Source: a virus
Direction: 5' to 3' (one strand)
Length of the DNA: 64,000 nucleotides
IMG/VR virus record: IMGVR_UViG_3300009408_000001
Coordinates: 1-64,000 of that record
Below, in pieces: positions 46,916-56,495 of the stretch (the first letter of the stretch is position 1; each line of letters begins with the position of its first letter). The translations under genes and the position numbers were made by a program. The notes under the pieces were generated by a model. That model was not told the origin of the DNA. It saw nothing but the letters and a program-made list of their open reading frames with translations, and made no database searches.

Positions 46916-48634
46916 TTAGCCTAGAACGTAAGCTGTTCCAGAGAGGTTTCCGGCTGCATCAACGCCATCTGCTCCCGCAATACCCCTAGAGCCATCCCAG
47001 TTAGAAGAGACAGAGGTACCAAGATAATCCAATGTCAGTGCAGAAGCTACCGTAACTTTGATACTTTCTGTCCATACACCAGCCACATTGCTCATAACGT
47101 AAACCGCACCTGTGTCAACCGCACTGCCGTCTACACCCATTGCGCCAATCAACAGTGTTGCACCGTCACTAGACAGGTCAACAGCGTGTCCATACAGGTC
47201 ACCGGTTGCTTTCACAGTTGAACCCAACTTAGCACTAAATGCCCACCCGGATGCAGTGAGATCGTAAACGAACACACTTCCCGCATTTGACACGATACTG
47301 TCTTCACCCTTAGCACCCACTACCACGCGTTTGCCATCACCGGACATGGTAACAGAACATCCGTAGTAATCGTAGATGCTTACATCGGTACTGGTTAACT
47401 CGACCAGTTCTGTCCATGCACCAGCGACGTTACTGAATAGGTACGCTGTTCCAGAGTAAGTCCCTCTTGTGGAATCTCCCTGTACCCCGATTACCATGGT
47501 TGACGCGGTAGAGTCAGTTGCAACGTCCCAGCCAAAAAAGGCAGACGCCGATGGGGTGACAGCGGTTATCTTAGAAGACTGTGCCCACTGTGAGAGTGAA
47601 TCACGGGTGTAGGTAAACACAGCCCCTGCGTCGGCCAAGGTACCAGAATCCTTCATAGGAGCACCTACGGTTACCGTAGAGCCATCCCCAGATACATCCA
47701 CAGAGTGACCATATCCATCATAGTTCGCATGATCCAGTGCGGTTAACTGTGTTTCCTCAGACCAACCACCACCGTTGTTAAGGAAGACATAGGCTTTCCC
47801 GGAGTTAGTTAACAGTCCGGTTGGTGCATCTCCACTTGAACCCACTACGATTACGGTACCGTTGTCACTTATGGACAGGGCATTTCCAAAAAGACCCGAA
47901 GCGACCGGAGTAGATGACACCAGTTTGGCTTCTTCAACATATACCCCGTTTGTAAGGCGATACACGTAAACCGCTCCTGCAAAGGAACCTGCGGTAGAAT
48001 CCCCAGGAGCACCTACTGCAATAACCGTACTGTCAGCAGAAATAACGCTCGCACCACCGTAACCCGCATCGGCTACTGGTGTAGATGCAGTTACTGTAGA
48101 AGAGACACCGGTGATGTTATCCGGTTCCACCGAAAAGTAACTTACTGGTCCAAATGGACTCACCACACCAGATACACCTTCATGGGCACAGCGTACGTAA
48201 TACGTAGTACTCCCCAATAAGGACACTCCGGCAGCGGCTAGGTTATATTCCGATAAGTACGTGGTGGTTCTCCCACTGGCGTGGTCGACTGTACCAAACG
48301 CTGGGTCAGTTGAAAACTCCCAATAGGCGGCAGACTGTACTTCACTTTCATATGCCTGTGTGATTCCAACGAACAAACTCGATGTAATCGTTGGGGTGGA
48401 TACAATACCCACCGCCCCGGTTACGGGGTGTGTGATTTCCGGAATGGCAATACCGGTGATGATCGTTGGTTCGATGGGTTCCCCACCGGGGGTTGTAGCA
48501 TTGTGGATACACAACTTATTCACATTTGATGTGAAGTCAACGGTCATCTCGTCCATAGCGCCCACATACGCGGCGTGGGCGGGAGATGCCCCTTGCTTCC
48601 AGCGCCAAGGCTGGGTCATTAACTTGAGTGTCAT
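46916..48634 (-). CDS. Putative tail fibre / receptor-binding protein: Mtd-N-like + Ig/FnIII-like + FG-GAP propeller
   Basis: KQGASPAHAAYVGAMDEMTVD...IHNATTPGG N-terminus; TPTITS..AAYWEFSTD..YYVR; about seven FG-GAP repeats. Confidence 0.75.
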   Translation of the reverse strand: MTLKLMTQPWRWKQGASPAHAAYVGAMDEMTVDFTSNVNKLCIHNATTPGGEPIEPTIITGIAIPEITHPVTGAVGIVSTPTITSSLFVGITQAYESEVQSAAYWEFSTDPAFGTVDHASGRTTTYLSEYNLAAAGVSLLGSTTYYVRCAHEGVSGVVSPFGPVSYFSVEPDNITGVSSTVTASTPVADAGYGGASVISADSTVIAVGAPGDSTAGSFAGAVYVYRLTNGVYVEEAKLVSSTPVASGLFGNALSISDNGTVIVVGSSGDAPTGLLTNSGKAYVFLNNGGGWSEETQLTALDHANYDGYGHSVDVSGDGSTVTVGAPMKDSGTLADAGAVFTYTRDSLSQWAQSSKITAVTPSASAFFGWDVATDSTASTMVIGVQGDSTRGTYSGTAYLFSNVAGAWTELVELTSTDVSIYDYYGCSVTMSGDGKRVVVGAKGEDSIVSNAGSVFVYDLTASGWAFSAKLGSTVKATGDLYGHAVDLSSDGATLLIGAMGVDGSAVDTGAVYVMSNVAGVWTESIKVTVASALTLDYLGTSVSSNWDGSRGIAGADGVDAAGNLSGTAYVLG

Positions 48635-48642
48635 ATCTAGTC

Positions 48643-50307
48643 CTAGATTAGAACGTAAGCTGCACCAGCCTCGTTTCCGTTTGTACCTTCCCCAAACGCA
48701 CCAACCACTCCGACAGTACCGGCGTCATTAAGTGACACAGAAATACCATAGTAGTCATATGAGGTACTGTTGGATGCAGTAATTGTAGAAGAGGTCTGTG
48801 CCCATTGGCCTGCTGCATCCACACCAAAGATGTACGCTGCACCGGCCACGGCGTTCACCGCATATGCCCCAACCAGGATGGTGGAACCGTTTCCAGAAAT
48901 ACATACAGAACGACCAAATGCATCTCCGTCGGTAGACGTACTTGCTACAATCCGTTGTCCAGCATCCCAGTTTCCGTTGGTCTCGGTAAAGACGTACGCC
49001 CCACCTGCATTCGGGGTGGTTAAGTCAGAACCGTACGAACCAACTACCGCAATTGTACCGGAAGAGTCAATGTCTACACTGTATCCGAAGTACCCGTATG
49101 CTTCTGCCACAGGCGAAACGAGTGCAGCGACTTCTGAGAAACCCCCTTTACCGTCGTGATCGAATATGTAGGCAGCACCTGCATCCACTTCACCGGATGG
49201 CACGTTGAACATCTGTGCGCCAACGATGAATCTGGAGCCGTCTCCACACATTGCGACAGAGATACCCACCTGGTCACCGTAGATGGTATTGTTGCCGATT
49301 AACTCGACAGGTTTAAGAAACCCACCGCCATCGTCCCACCATGCGTATACCGCACCAGAGGAGGTCCCATTGACATCGGCCAGATTAGCTCCAGAAATAA
49401 CCAGAGTAGCGTCATCTGAAATGGCCACGGAGATACCCACCTGGTCACCGTTGTTGCCGTTACCTACAAGAAAGTCCTGTTCCTTCCAGGGTTGGCGATC
49501 TTTGAACACATAGACACTACCATCATCCACACCGGCATCGTCCATCATGTATGCGCCGATGGCACAGAATGCCCCATCTATATTCAAGGCCACGGAGTAA
49601 CCAAATCGGTCACCGGCACCACCTGGATTTGGAATGATATCTGTCTCTACCCATGTACCACCCGACATACGAAAGATGTACACTTGTCCACCGTCTGTCC
49701 CGTTAGAATCTTGTAGGTAAGATCCCACTGCAATAGTAGAACCATCTCCAGATACACTGACAGACTGACCAAAGCGATCAGACCCCAGTGCATCCGATGC
49801 AAACAAGATCGCTTCCTCTGTAGTAACCGCAGCAGATGCAACGGTAAAGCCGACTTCCACGGCCCATGGTGATAAGGGTGCTAGACTGGATTCATGTCTG
49901 ACACGGGCGTAGTACGTTAGCCCAGAAGAAAGAACGGTGCTTGTTGCAGACAAATCCATATTCGTCAGGTTAACCGTATCTCGGCCACTGTCAAAAATGA
50001 TTGCATTGAATGCAGCATCCAAGGCAACTTGCCAGAAGGACGCAACATGTACACCGTCTCCTACCATGGCAGTCGCGGTCAGTACCGGAACAATACCGAC
50101 TCCTGTAGCACCGGAGAGTGGAGAGGTCATTGATGGGGTGGATATCAAATAGGTAACTGGGACAATGGCTGACCCTCCTAAGGTAGTACCGTCCTGGATA
50201 CGGATGTCTCCACCCCCATCACGAATGACCAGTTCCCCAATTGGACCAACATACTGGTCAACCAGGGTTGCTGATCCTTGCTTTAACTTAACTCGGATGT
50301 TAGCCAT
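48643..50307 (-). CDS. Putative tail fibre / receptor-binding protein: Mtd-N-like + Ig/FnIII-like + FG-GAP propeller
   Basis: VKLKQGS....YVGPIGELVI....IRIQDGTTLGG; TPSMTSP..SFWQVA..YYARVR; repeats such as DRFGQSVSVSGDGSTIAVG. Confidence 0.8.
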   Translation of the reverse strand: MANIRVKLKQGSATLVDQYVGPIGELVIRDGGGDIRIQDGTTLGGSAIVPVTYLISTPSMTSPLSGATGVGIVPVLTATAMVGDGVHVASFWQVALDAAFNAIIFDSGRDTVNLTNMDLSATSTVLSSGLTYYARVRHESSLAPLSPWAVEVGFTVASAAVTTEEAILFASDALGSDRFGQSVSVSGDGSTIAVGSYLQDSNGTDGGQVYIFRMSGGTWVETDIIPNPGGAGDRFGYSVALNIDGAFCAIGAYMMDDAGVDDGSVYVFKDRQPWKEQDFLVGNGNNGDQVGISVAISDDATLVISGANLADVNGTSSGAVYAWWDDGGGFLKPVELIGNNTIYGDQVGISVAMCGDGSRFIVGAQMFNVPSGEVDAGAAYIFDHDGKGGFSEVAALVSPVAEAYGYFGYSVDIDSSGTIAVVGSYGSDLTTPNAGGAYVFTETNGNWDAGQRIVASTSTDGDAFGRSVCISGNGSTILVGAYAVNAVAGAAYIFGVDAAGQWAQTSSTITASNSTSYDYYGISVSLNDAGTVGVVGAFGEGTNGNEAGAAYVLI

Positions 50308-50318
50308 GGTAGGTTCCC

Positions 50319-51014
50319 TTAGTTAACCAGTTGGTAAAGTTGAGCACGTGGGTTGATTGTAACTAACCGGTTACGGTCACCTGCTAATAAGGCGGTGGTG
50401 ATTTCATCTTCTGCCATAGACAGCGCACTGTGACAGTTTGCATTACGCGTAACCATGGTACTGCACAGCTCTTCCATTTGTTTCAACGTGTCGATCTCAA
50501 TGTTTTTTCGAACATTGGCATTTGAAAAGTCCCCACTCAATGAAGGTGTAACCGGTACCTTTCCACGCCAGATGAGTGAACGAAGCCAACCCTTCTCCAT
50601 GAAAGACAACTGACTCATTGCGGTAGTCACTGACTCTGCATTAGCCCGGATCATTACACCCCGGAACTCGAACCGACCTTCCAGGAGTTCTTTAAAGGCA
50701 ACCTTCGCTTCCAACAGCCGTTGTTTGGCCAACTTACCGGTGTCAATACCGCGTACTTCGTAGTCCAGCACAACCACCGAACCCGTATCCCGCCGTGTCC
50801 AGTTACCGTATTCTTCACCTCGTTCTAATGGGGGTTTGTTCTCCACCACTTGGATCACTTGCAGAAAACCACCTATGTTTGCACTGGCGCGCAATACGGG
50901 TGGTACCATGTCTGGGTTAATACCACGTGCAGCACATATGTCACGTAACATGTCCTGGCTGTACAGTAGTGGACCCGCGATTAACTCATCGTTGTAGTAA
51001 ATCTCGCATTTCAT
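50319..51014 (-). CDS. Tail-fibre-associated protein (DUF4376-like)
   Basis: Located between fibre genes; K..LL..K....L.G.F.F.G..I...ES.......W pattern. Confidence 0.5.
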   Translation of the reverse strand: MKCEIYYNDELIAGPLLYSQDMLRDICAARGINPDMVPPVLRASANIGGFLQVIQVVENKPPLERGEEYGNWTRRDTGSVVVLDYEVRGIDTGKLAKQRLLEAKVAFKELLEGRFEFRGVMIRANAESVTTAMSQLSFMEKGWLRSLIWRGKVPVTPSLSGDFSNANVRKNIEIDTLKQMEELCSTMVTRNANCHSALSMAEDEITTALLAGDRNRLVTINPRAQLYQLVN

Positions 51015-51023
51015 GTTATTCTC

Positions 51024-52730
51024 CTAACTAAAGATGATAGCGGTACCACCGCCTACAAAAAGACTCTCGTTACTCGGTGCGCCAGACAACAGGACATCCG
51101 CTCGAGATGATAGTGAAACAGAACTCCCTAACGCTGCTAACGCAGTGGTGGTCGAACTTGTTACTGTTCCAGAAGGAGGCCATGTGCCGCCAGCATCCTT
51201 ATTGAACAGGTGTACTGACCCAGAGTTATTCAGGGTGGTGTCGTTTCCAGGGGCACCCACTGCAATGGTAGAGCCATCGTCACAGACACTGACTGACTTA
51301 CCGAAGGTTTCAAGTGACACGTCGTTACCCAAGAGGCGTGTAGAAAACACAAAGTCCCCTGTTGTACTGGAACGGGCGTATACGTGACATGCCCCTGCCC
51401 CTGTGAGGGTGTGTACTTCTCCTGGTGCGCCGATGGCCAGAACATCACCGGTGTCACTCAGTGACAGGCTGGAGCCGTAGATGCCGCCAGCAGCAGGGTT
51501 ATTAGACGAGATCTTCTGAATCTCTACCCACCCGGCTACTTGTAACGCGTACACATACACTGATCCAGAATCGGTACTCACAGCATCATCTAGGTGTGCG
51601 CCAACCACAATCAAAGACGCGGTTGAGTTAATAGCGACAGCCTTACCAAACGACGTAGCGCTAAAACCATCTGCACTGGTTAAGGATCCACGCAGCACCC
51701 ATACCCCACTGACATCAAGTGTAAAAACAGATACCTCACCAACAAGCGTTGGGTTGGTAGACCCGATGACCACGGTAGTTAGGTTATCTGAAATGGCGAC
51801 GGACGTACCGAAGCGACCACCTACTTTCGGAGTGGGGGGTACGAAGTTACTGATGAGTGACCACACCCCACCGGAATCCTTTCGGTACAGATAAGCACCG
51901 CCCGATTCCACAAGGCCCGTGTTTGCACCTGGTTCTCCAACGATTGCAGTAGAGCCATCTGCACTCATAGCAACACTTGTTCCAAAGTACCCGGATGTAA
52001 TTGGACTGGGTGGAGATACTTTTGTAGTTTCTACCCAGCCACTGGCTGTGTTGGAATAGAAGTAAACTGATCCGGCTAAGGCTACACCACTAGGTGCTTC
52101 ACCGGGTGTCCCTATGACACAGGTAAGGCCGTCGTCTGACATCCCTGTAGCAGATCCAAACAAGTCACCGGTTGCCAGGTCAGAGGAGGTTACGGTAGCC
52201 CGTTGTGTCGTGGGCATCGCCTGAGATACATCAAATGTAACGGTAGCTGACCACTCGCTCAATATGCCTGTATCGCCCTCATATCGGACGCGTACGTACT
52301 GTGGGCCAATCGGAAGTACAACACCCACTGCATTCAAGTCTAAGGTAGTAAGGTAATCCGTTGTCAACCCGGACAAGTACGTGGTGGAAATAAAGCCAGC
52401 ATCCGCTGATACTTCCCAGTACGAACCCATGTGGTTGTCTAGGACATTCCCCTCTCCAATCCCGTTGAACAAGGATGCAGTAACGATGGGTGACGGGAGG
52501 ACACCCGCTGTCCCTGTACGTGGGGATATAATCACTGGGGTTGCTACACCCCCAGTACCGGCTGTCCCAACGGGGACACCACCGGGTTTACCATTCGCCC
52601 CAATCCGTAGCTTTGTTACCCCACCTCTTCTATCTATGATGAGTTCTCTGTCCAATGGAGTGAATGCGAACATCGTGTCGTCAGAAAACGACTGGAGTGG
52701 TACAGGACTGGTTGGTGTTTTCGTCGCCAT
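51024..52730 (-). CDS. Putative tail fibre / receptor-binding protein: degenerate Mtd-N + Ig/FnIII-like + FG-GAP propeller
   Basis: ELIID...LRIG.NG.PGG; TPVIISP..SYWEVSAD..YVRVRY..SEWS; FG-GAP repeats. Confidence 0.75.
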   Translation of the reverse strand: MATKTPTSPVPLQSFSDDTMFAFTPLDRELIIDRRGGVTKLRIGANGKPGGVPVGTAGTGGVATPVIISPRTGTAGVLPSPIVTASLFNGIGEGNVLDNHMGSYWEVSADAGFISTTYLSGLTTDYLTTLDLNAVGVVLPIGPQYVRVRYEGDTGILSEWSATVTFDVSQAMPTTQRATVTSSDLATGDLFGSATGMSDDGLTCVIGTPGEAPSGVALAGSVYFYSNTASGWVETTKVSPPSPITSGYFGTSVAMSADGSTAIVGEPGANTGLVESGGAYLYRKDSGGVWSLISNFVPPTPKVGGRFGTSVAISDNLTTVVIGSTNPTLVGEVSVFTLDVSGVWVLRGSLTSADGFSATSFGKAVAINSTASLIVVGAHLDDAVSTDSGSVYVYALQVAGWVEIQKISSNNPAAGGIYGSSLSLSDTGDVLAIGAPGEVHTLTGAGACHVYARSSTTGDFVFSTRLLGNDVSLETFGKSVSVCDDGSTIAVGAPGNDTTLNNSGSVHLFNKDAGGTWPPSGTVTSSTTTALAALGSSVSLSSRADVLLSGAPSNESLFVGGGTAIIFS

Positions 52731-52757
52731 TGTTTCGGTCCTCGTTGGTTTAACCGG

Positions 52758-52985
52758 TTATTTCAGCACATCTTCTTTAGATGTACCAATGAATGAAGAG
52801 GTCCCATTGCAGAAAGAGATTATCGCAGACAGACTACCGTATAGGGAGTCTACGCGCTTGGTTCTCTCTACTGGATCAGATGACTCTCTAATTAAGGCAT
52901 ACTGTTTGTCAAAGGACTCTCCTGCGCGCTTGAACCATGTCGCTAACCCCCTTGCGTCTTTTTCCTCACGTGACTCAACTGCCAT
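52758..52985 (-). CDS. Hypothetical protein
   Basis: ATG at 52985 with AGGAGA RBS. Confidence 0.55.
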   Translation of the reverse strand: MAVESREEKDARGLATWFKRAGESFDKQYALIRESSDPVERTKRVDSLYGSLSAIISFCNGTSSFIGTSKEDVLK

Positions 52986-53229
52986 TGGTATTCTCCTTTG
53001 AAAGCGCAATGGCTTCTTCTGCCACCTGGTTAGATAAGTGTAGGTAGTATCGTTTTAGAAACTCCACATGGGTTGTAAACTCTTGTCTGCTCTCTTTAGA
53101 AAGGACAAGTTCAGGTGGGTTGTTTGCAGCAGCCACCTGTAGGATAGTCAACACTCGTTTAATCTCAACGCTGGTTGCTTCCGATGTAGGTAGCTGACTT
53201 GTATCTTTATACGTAATTTCTAGTAACAT
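52975..53229 (-). CDS. Hypothetical protein
   Basis: 84 aa, overlapping the next start. Confidence 0.55.
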   Translation of the reverse strand: MLLEITYKDTSQLPTSEATSVEIKRVLTILQVAAANNPPELVLSKESRQEFTTHVEFLKRYYLHLSNQVAEEAIALSKENTNGS

Positions 53230-53231
53230 AG

Positions 53232-53264
53232 CATAAAAAGACAGGGGCCCAAACGGGCCCCTGA
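53232..53264 (-). terminator. Intrinsic terminator
   Basis: Minus strand caggggccc-gttt-gggcccctg then tctttttATG. Confidence 0.8.
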
Positions 53265-53324
53265 CTCCCTCATAGGTTAACCAGGCCGAGGTGACCTAGC
53301 AGTTTAATGATTTGGAACTTCAGC

Positions 53325-54347
53325 TTATACCAAAGCATCCAATTGACTCACCGTCATCTTAACGCGGAATGCTTCATACAGAACCAATTTCGCAGCTTTG
53401 GTGATGGGGTCCAGCTCGATGAGAGCCTGATCGTTAACCCATTTACCGGAGAGAGCGTCGTACATTTGTACTGTGGGGACCAAGAATTCTCCAGACAGAC
53501 CATGGGTGAACTGATGCAGGGTTCCTTCAGTAACAGAATCGAAGGTTGCAACGCGAGCGTTCAACTGGCTGGTAAGTGCAGATGCACCAGCACCAGCTTC
53601 AGCTTTAACACTGTTGATCGCGTCAACCAAGCTACCAGTGGCGCTTGTGGTCAAGTTGGCCAGATTACCTTCAGCCCCTTCAGCACGGAGTACTTCAGCG
53701 GCAAGGTCACCACCGAGTCCACTTACAACAGCATCGTTAGCGGTTTTGTAGTCACTCAGATCAACACCGTTTGTGGAAGCCAGTGCAGCCACTTCATTGA
53801 TTGCAGCAACCAAGCTGGAGGTGTTGGCGGTGTTCAGGACATGGATGTCACCAAGATCACTTGTGATCGAAGCGATGGCAGCCTGAGCTTCACCAAAGGT
53901 ATCCATTGCACTATCAGCAGTACCTTGAATGGTGGAGTCCAAATTAGCGATAGACACGTTGACCAGGTTGGTCAGGGTGTTAGCGATATCGGGATCATCA
54001 TTCAGTGCAGCAGCCAGTTTTGTCAGAGTGTCGAGAGCTGCAGGAACAGCGGTACCCAACAGACCAGCAATTTGTTGTGCAACAGAACCACTAATGGTAG
54101 CATCACCAGACAGTTGATCCACAACTGCTTTGATAACCAGCATATCTTCTTCTTCAGCGAAGGTACGAACAACGATTGCACCAGCACTATCCAAAGAGGA
54201 CAAGCGCATTACTTTATCGATGTTGTTGTACCAAATACGGCCAGCCGTAAGTGGAGTAGGATCAGCATCCAAACGTTCGACATTTAAGTTGTCGATCGTA
54301 GAGGAACCTGCCATTGACATACCGTGTACGCGTCTAAAACCAGCCAT
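53325..54347 (-). CDS. Tail fibre-like protein
   Basis: GRIWYN N-terminal motif; VPAALDTLTKLAAALNDDPDIANT fibre repeat; coiled coil; C-terminal HQFTHGL module. Confidence 0.7.
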   Translation of the reverse strand: MAGFRRVHGMSMAGSSTIDNLNVERLDADPTPLTAGRIWYNNIDKVMRLSSLDSAGAIVVRTFAEEEDMLVIKAVVDQLSGDATISGSVAQQIAGLLGTAVPAALDTLTKLAAALNDDPDIANTLTNLVNVSIANLDSTIQGTADSAMDTFGEAQAAIASITSDLGDIHVLNTANTSSLVAAINEVAALASTNGVDLSDYKTANDAVVSGLGGDLAAEVLRAEGAEGNLANLTTSATGSLVDAINSVKAEAGAGASALTSQLNARVATFDSVTEGTLHQFTHGLSGEFLVPTVQMYDALSGKWVNDQALIELDPITKAAKLVLYEAFRVKMTVSQLDALV

Positions 54348-54434
54348 GATAAATTACCCTTTTGTAGGAAAAAAAGAAACACACTTATCTCGCCTCGCCG
54401 TGTTTACATATTACCCGCAACTAAAAAGGTAGGG

Positions 54435-54746
54435 TTACCGCGTGTAACTGGACATGATGCGTCTAATTGCCAGTAGGGTATCATCTACCTTTCTGGAATG
54501 TGACCCAACGTGTTCAATGCGGTAACTGTTTTCTGACCTGTACGCTACGAAGTCAAAATACTGACCGTCGTACCCCAACATTTTACTATCGGCGTCCGTG
54601 TCGATGTAAGCCACAAGATGCAATTCCTTACGCGAAATGCGCATGACGTGTTCCTGAGACTCAGTCTTTTCGGACAGGTCAGACGTTCTATCCTGGCCCA
54701 TTGTCGATTCCATAACCTGTTCCTCATCTTTCAGTACGGTCCCCAT
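54435..54746 (-). CDS. Hypothetical protein
   Basis: 103-aa ORF within the minus-strand operon. Confidence 0.55.
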   Translation of the reverse strand: MGTVLKDEEQVMESTMGQDRTSDLSEKTESQEHVMRISRKELHLVAYIDTDADSKMLGYDGQYFDFVAYRSENSYRIEHVGSHSRKVDDTLLAIRRIMSSYTR

Positions 54747-54762
54747 ACTATTCTGTAATTAT

Positions 54763-56493
54763 TTAAACGGAACCCAAATCTATCACGTCATTAACAGTGA
54801 TGAGGTCCGAGATGAGTTTTCCACCAATGGTTGTCTGTGCTGCAAAGCTAGCTGCTACCGAAGCAGGTACGCTGGTTGCTACCTCGGTTGCTACTGCTGC
54901 TGGCACAGCAGCGGCTATCGCACTGTCCACAACAGCAGGCGTTTGAGACGCTACCTCTGAAGTAACAATGGCTGGAACGGTAGCCGCTACCGTGTCCGCT
55001 ACTTGTGTTCCCAGTATACCTGCAATGGCAGCGGGAAGCTGGGCTGTCACCTCTGTAGAAACGGTCCCAGGAACCAATGCGTTTACCAGTGTGGAGATCT
55101 CAGTGGTTAACTGTGCTGTTACCTCTGCGGCTACAGCAGTACCCACTACCGCCTGTACTTCTGTGGAAATAGCAGTGGCATATTGTGCGGTTACCTCTGC
55201 TGCCACACTGGCGGATAAGTTGGCGGTCATCCATGTGCCAATTTCCGTGGCAATGTTAGCCGCCGTCTCCGTAGCAATCACGTTACGCAGAGTTGACAGA
55301 TCAGTAACCATTGCTGCGGTTATTGACTGTAACTCGATAGGGAGGTTCGTAAGTACGTTAGCAGCGGTTAACGCTGCCTGTGCAGCAGCCGTTACAATGG
55401 GATCCAAGATAGTGGGCAGGTCTACCGATACAAAGTTAGCCATTGCCGCTGCAACCGTTGTTCCCGCTACTGCAGGGAAGGTGGTTTGTTCCAACTTCAA
55501 TATCTCAGCGGCCATACTGTTAACCACGTTTGTGTTCACAATGGTGGCTAAACTGGATAAATCCGAAACCATCTGTGCGGTGATCTGTGTTAGCTCCACC
55601 GGCAGTTGGTATGTGGTTTCGAAAACAGTCATCGCGTTCTGTACACCGGTGTTGATCGTGTTTTGGATATTAGCGGAGGCGATCGCTGCTGCTACTGTAC
55701 TGGCGATATTTCCTGGGATGTCCAACACGGTTAACTGGTTACCGACCACAGATGTAACTGTATCTGGGATCGTTGTGTTTAGGATAGGTGCAAGTGCGGT
55801 ATTCAATGCCGCTCCGACTTTCCCAGGAACATCCTCTGCGGTAACCCGTGCAGTTACTTCATTAGCGATGGTTGTTGGAATGGAAAGTGCCGCAATTGAG
55901 AGCGTTAGTTCCGCTTTAACAGCAGGTGTCAATCTCAGGTTAAGTGCATCCGTCACCATCGTTGCCGTAGTAGCAGATACCTGTGCAGGTATGTTTGCTG
56001 CAACCAGTGCGGAGTTCAACTCTGTCAGTACGACATTCGGAATATCCAACACGGTTAACTGGTTTTTAACCTGCAACAAGATTGCCGTTGCAATGTCACC
56101 TAAAATGGCGGCTTGCACCTGTGTTGTAACCTGACTCGTCACGGCGTTAGCCACTACTGTGTTCAGGTTAAGTACATCTGCCACCGCAGTAGCCGTAAGG
56201 GATTGGAGGTGTGCAGGTAATACGGTGGTCAGGTCGACTGCCGCAATGGCTGCAACGACCGCTGTATTTACATCAGCTGTAACACTGGCAACAGCCGTGG
56301 CTACACTCTCACCCAGCAATCGAAGATTGATCCACGGGGTACCCACTACAGAAGGCCAGTACCATAACTCACCCGAAATAGATACGAGTGACGGTAACTT
56401 TGGATCTACCGTTGGGAGTTGGGCAAGTTCAGGTAAACCAAATGGAGTGGTGAACTCCATCGGGGCTAAGATTTTTACAGGGTTGGAAACCAT
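54763..56493 (-). CDS. Ala/Val/Thr-rich helical-repeat protein, probably a virion fibre or stalk
   Basis: 576 aa with recurring (A/T)EVT(A/S)Q units; within the tail gene block. Confidence 0.65.
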   Translation of the reverse strand: MVSNPVKILAPMEFTTPFGLPELAQLPTVDPKLPSLVSISGELWYWPSVVGTPWINLRLLGESVATAVASVTADVNTAVVAAIAAVDLTTVLPAHLQSLTATAVADVLNLNTVVANAVTSQVTTQVQAAILGDIATAILLQVKNQLTVLDIPNVVLTELNSALVAANIPAQVSATTATMVTDALNLRLTPAVKAELTLSIAALSIPTTIANEVTARVTAEDVPGKVGAALNTALAPILNTTIPDTVTSVVGNQLTVLDIPGNIASTVAAAIASANIQNTINTGVQNAMTVFETTYQLPVELTQITAQMVSDLSSLATIVNTNVVNSMAAEILKLEQTTFPAVAGTTVAAAMANFVSVDLPTILDPIVTAAAQAALTAANVLTNLPIELQSITAAMVTDLSTLRNVIATETAANIATEIGTWMTANLSASVAAEVTAQYATAISTEVQAVVGTAVAAEVTAQLTTEISTLVNALVPGTVSTEVTAQLPAAIAGILGTQVADTVAATVPAIVTSEVASQTPAVVDSAIAAAVPAAVATEVATSVPASVAASFAAQTTIGGKLISDLITVNDVIDLGSV

Positions 56494-56495
56494 AG

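Noticed and set aside
46916-52730. Diversity-generating retroelement acting on the Mtd-like fibres
   Set aside because: No reverse transcriptase in the window, and no template/variable repeat pair differing only at adenines was found by eye.
54409-54414. TATTAC hexamers at 54409 and 151 as early promoters
   Set aside because: No downstream hairpin-RBS-ORF on that strand; both face antisense into minus-strand genes; probably chance.
54968-56134. 388-aa plus-strand ORF (also similar antisense ORFs at 45483-46427, 4837-5355 and others)
   Set aside because: Shadow frames of Ala/Val/Thr- or Ser/Asp-rich sense genes; no RBS and no recognisable motifs.
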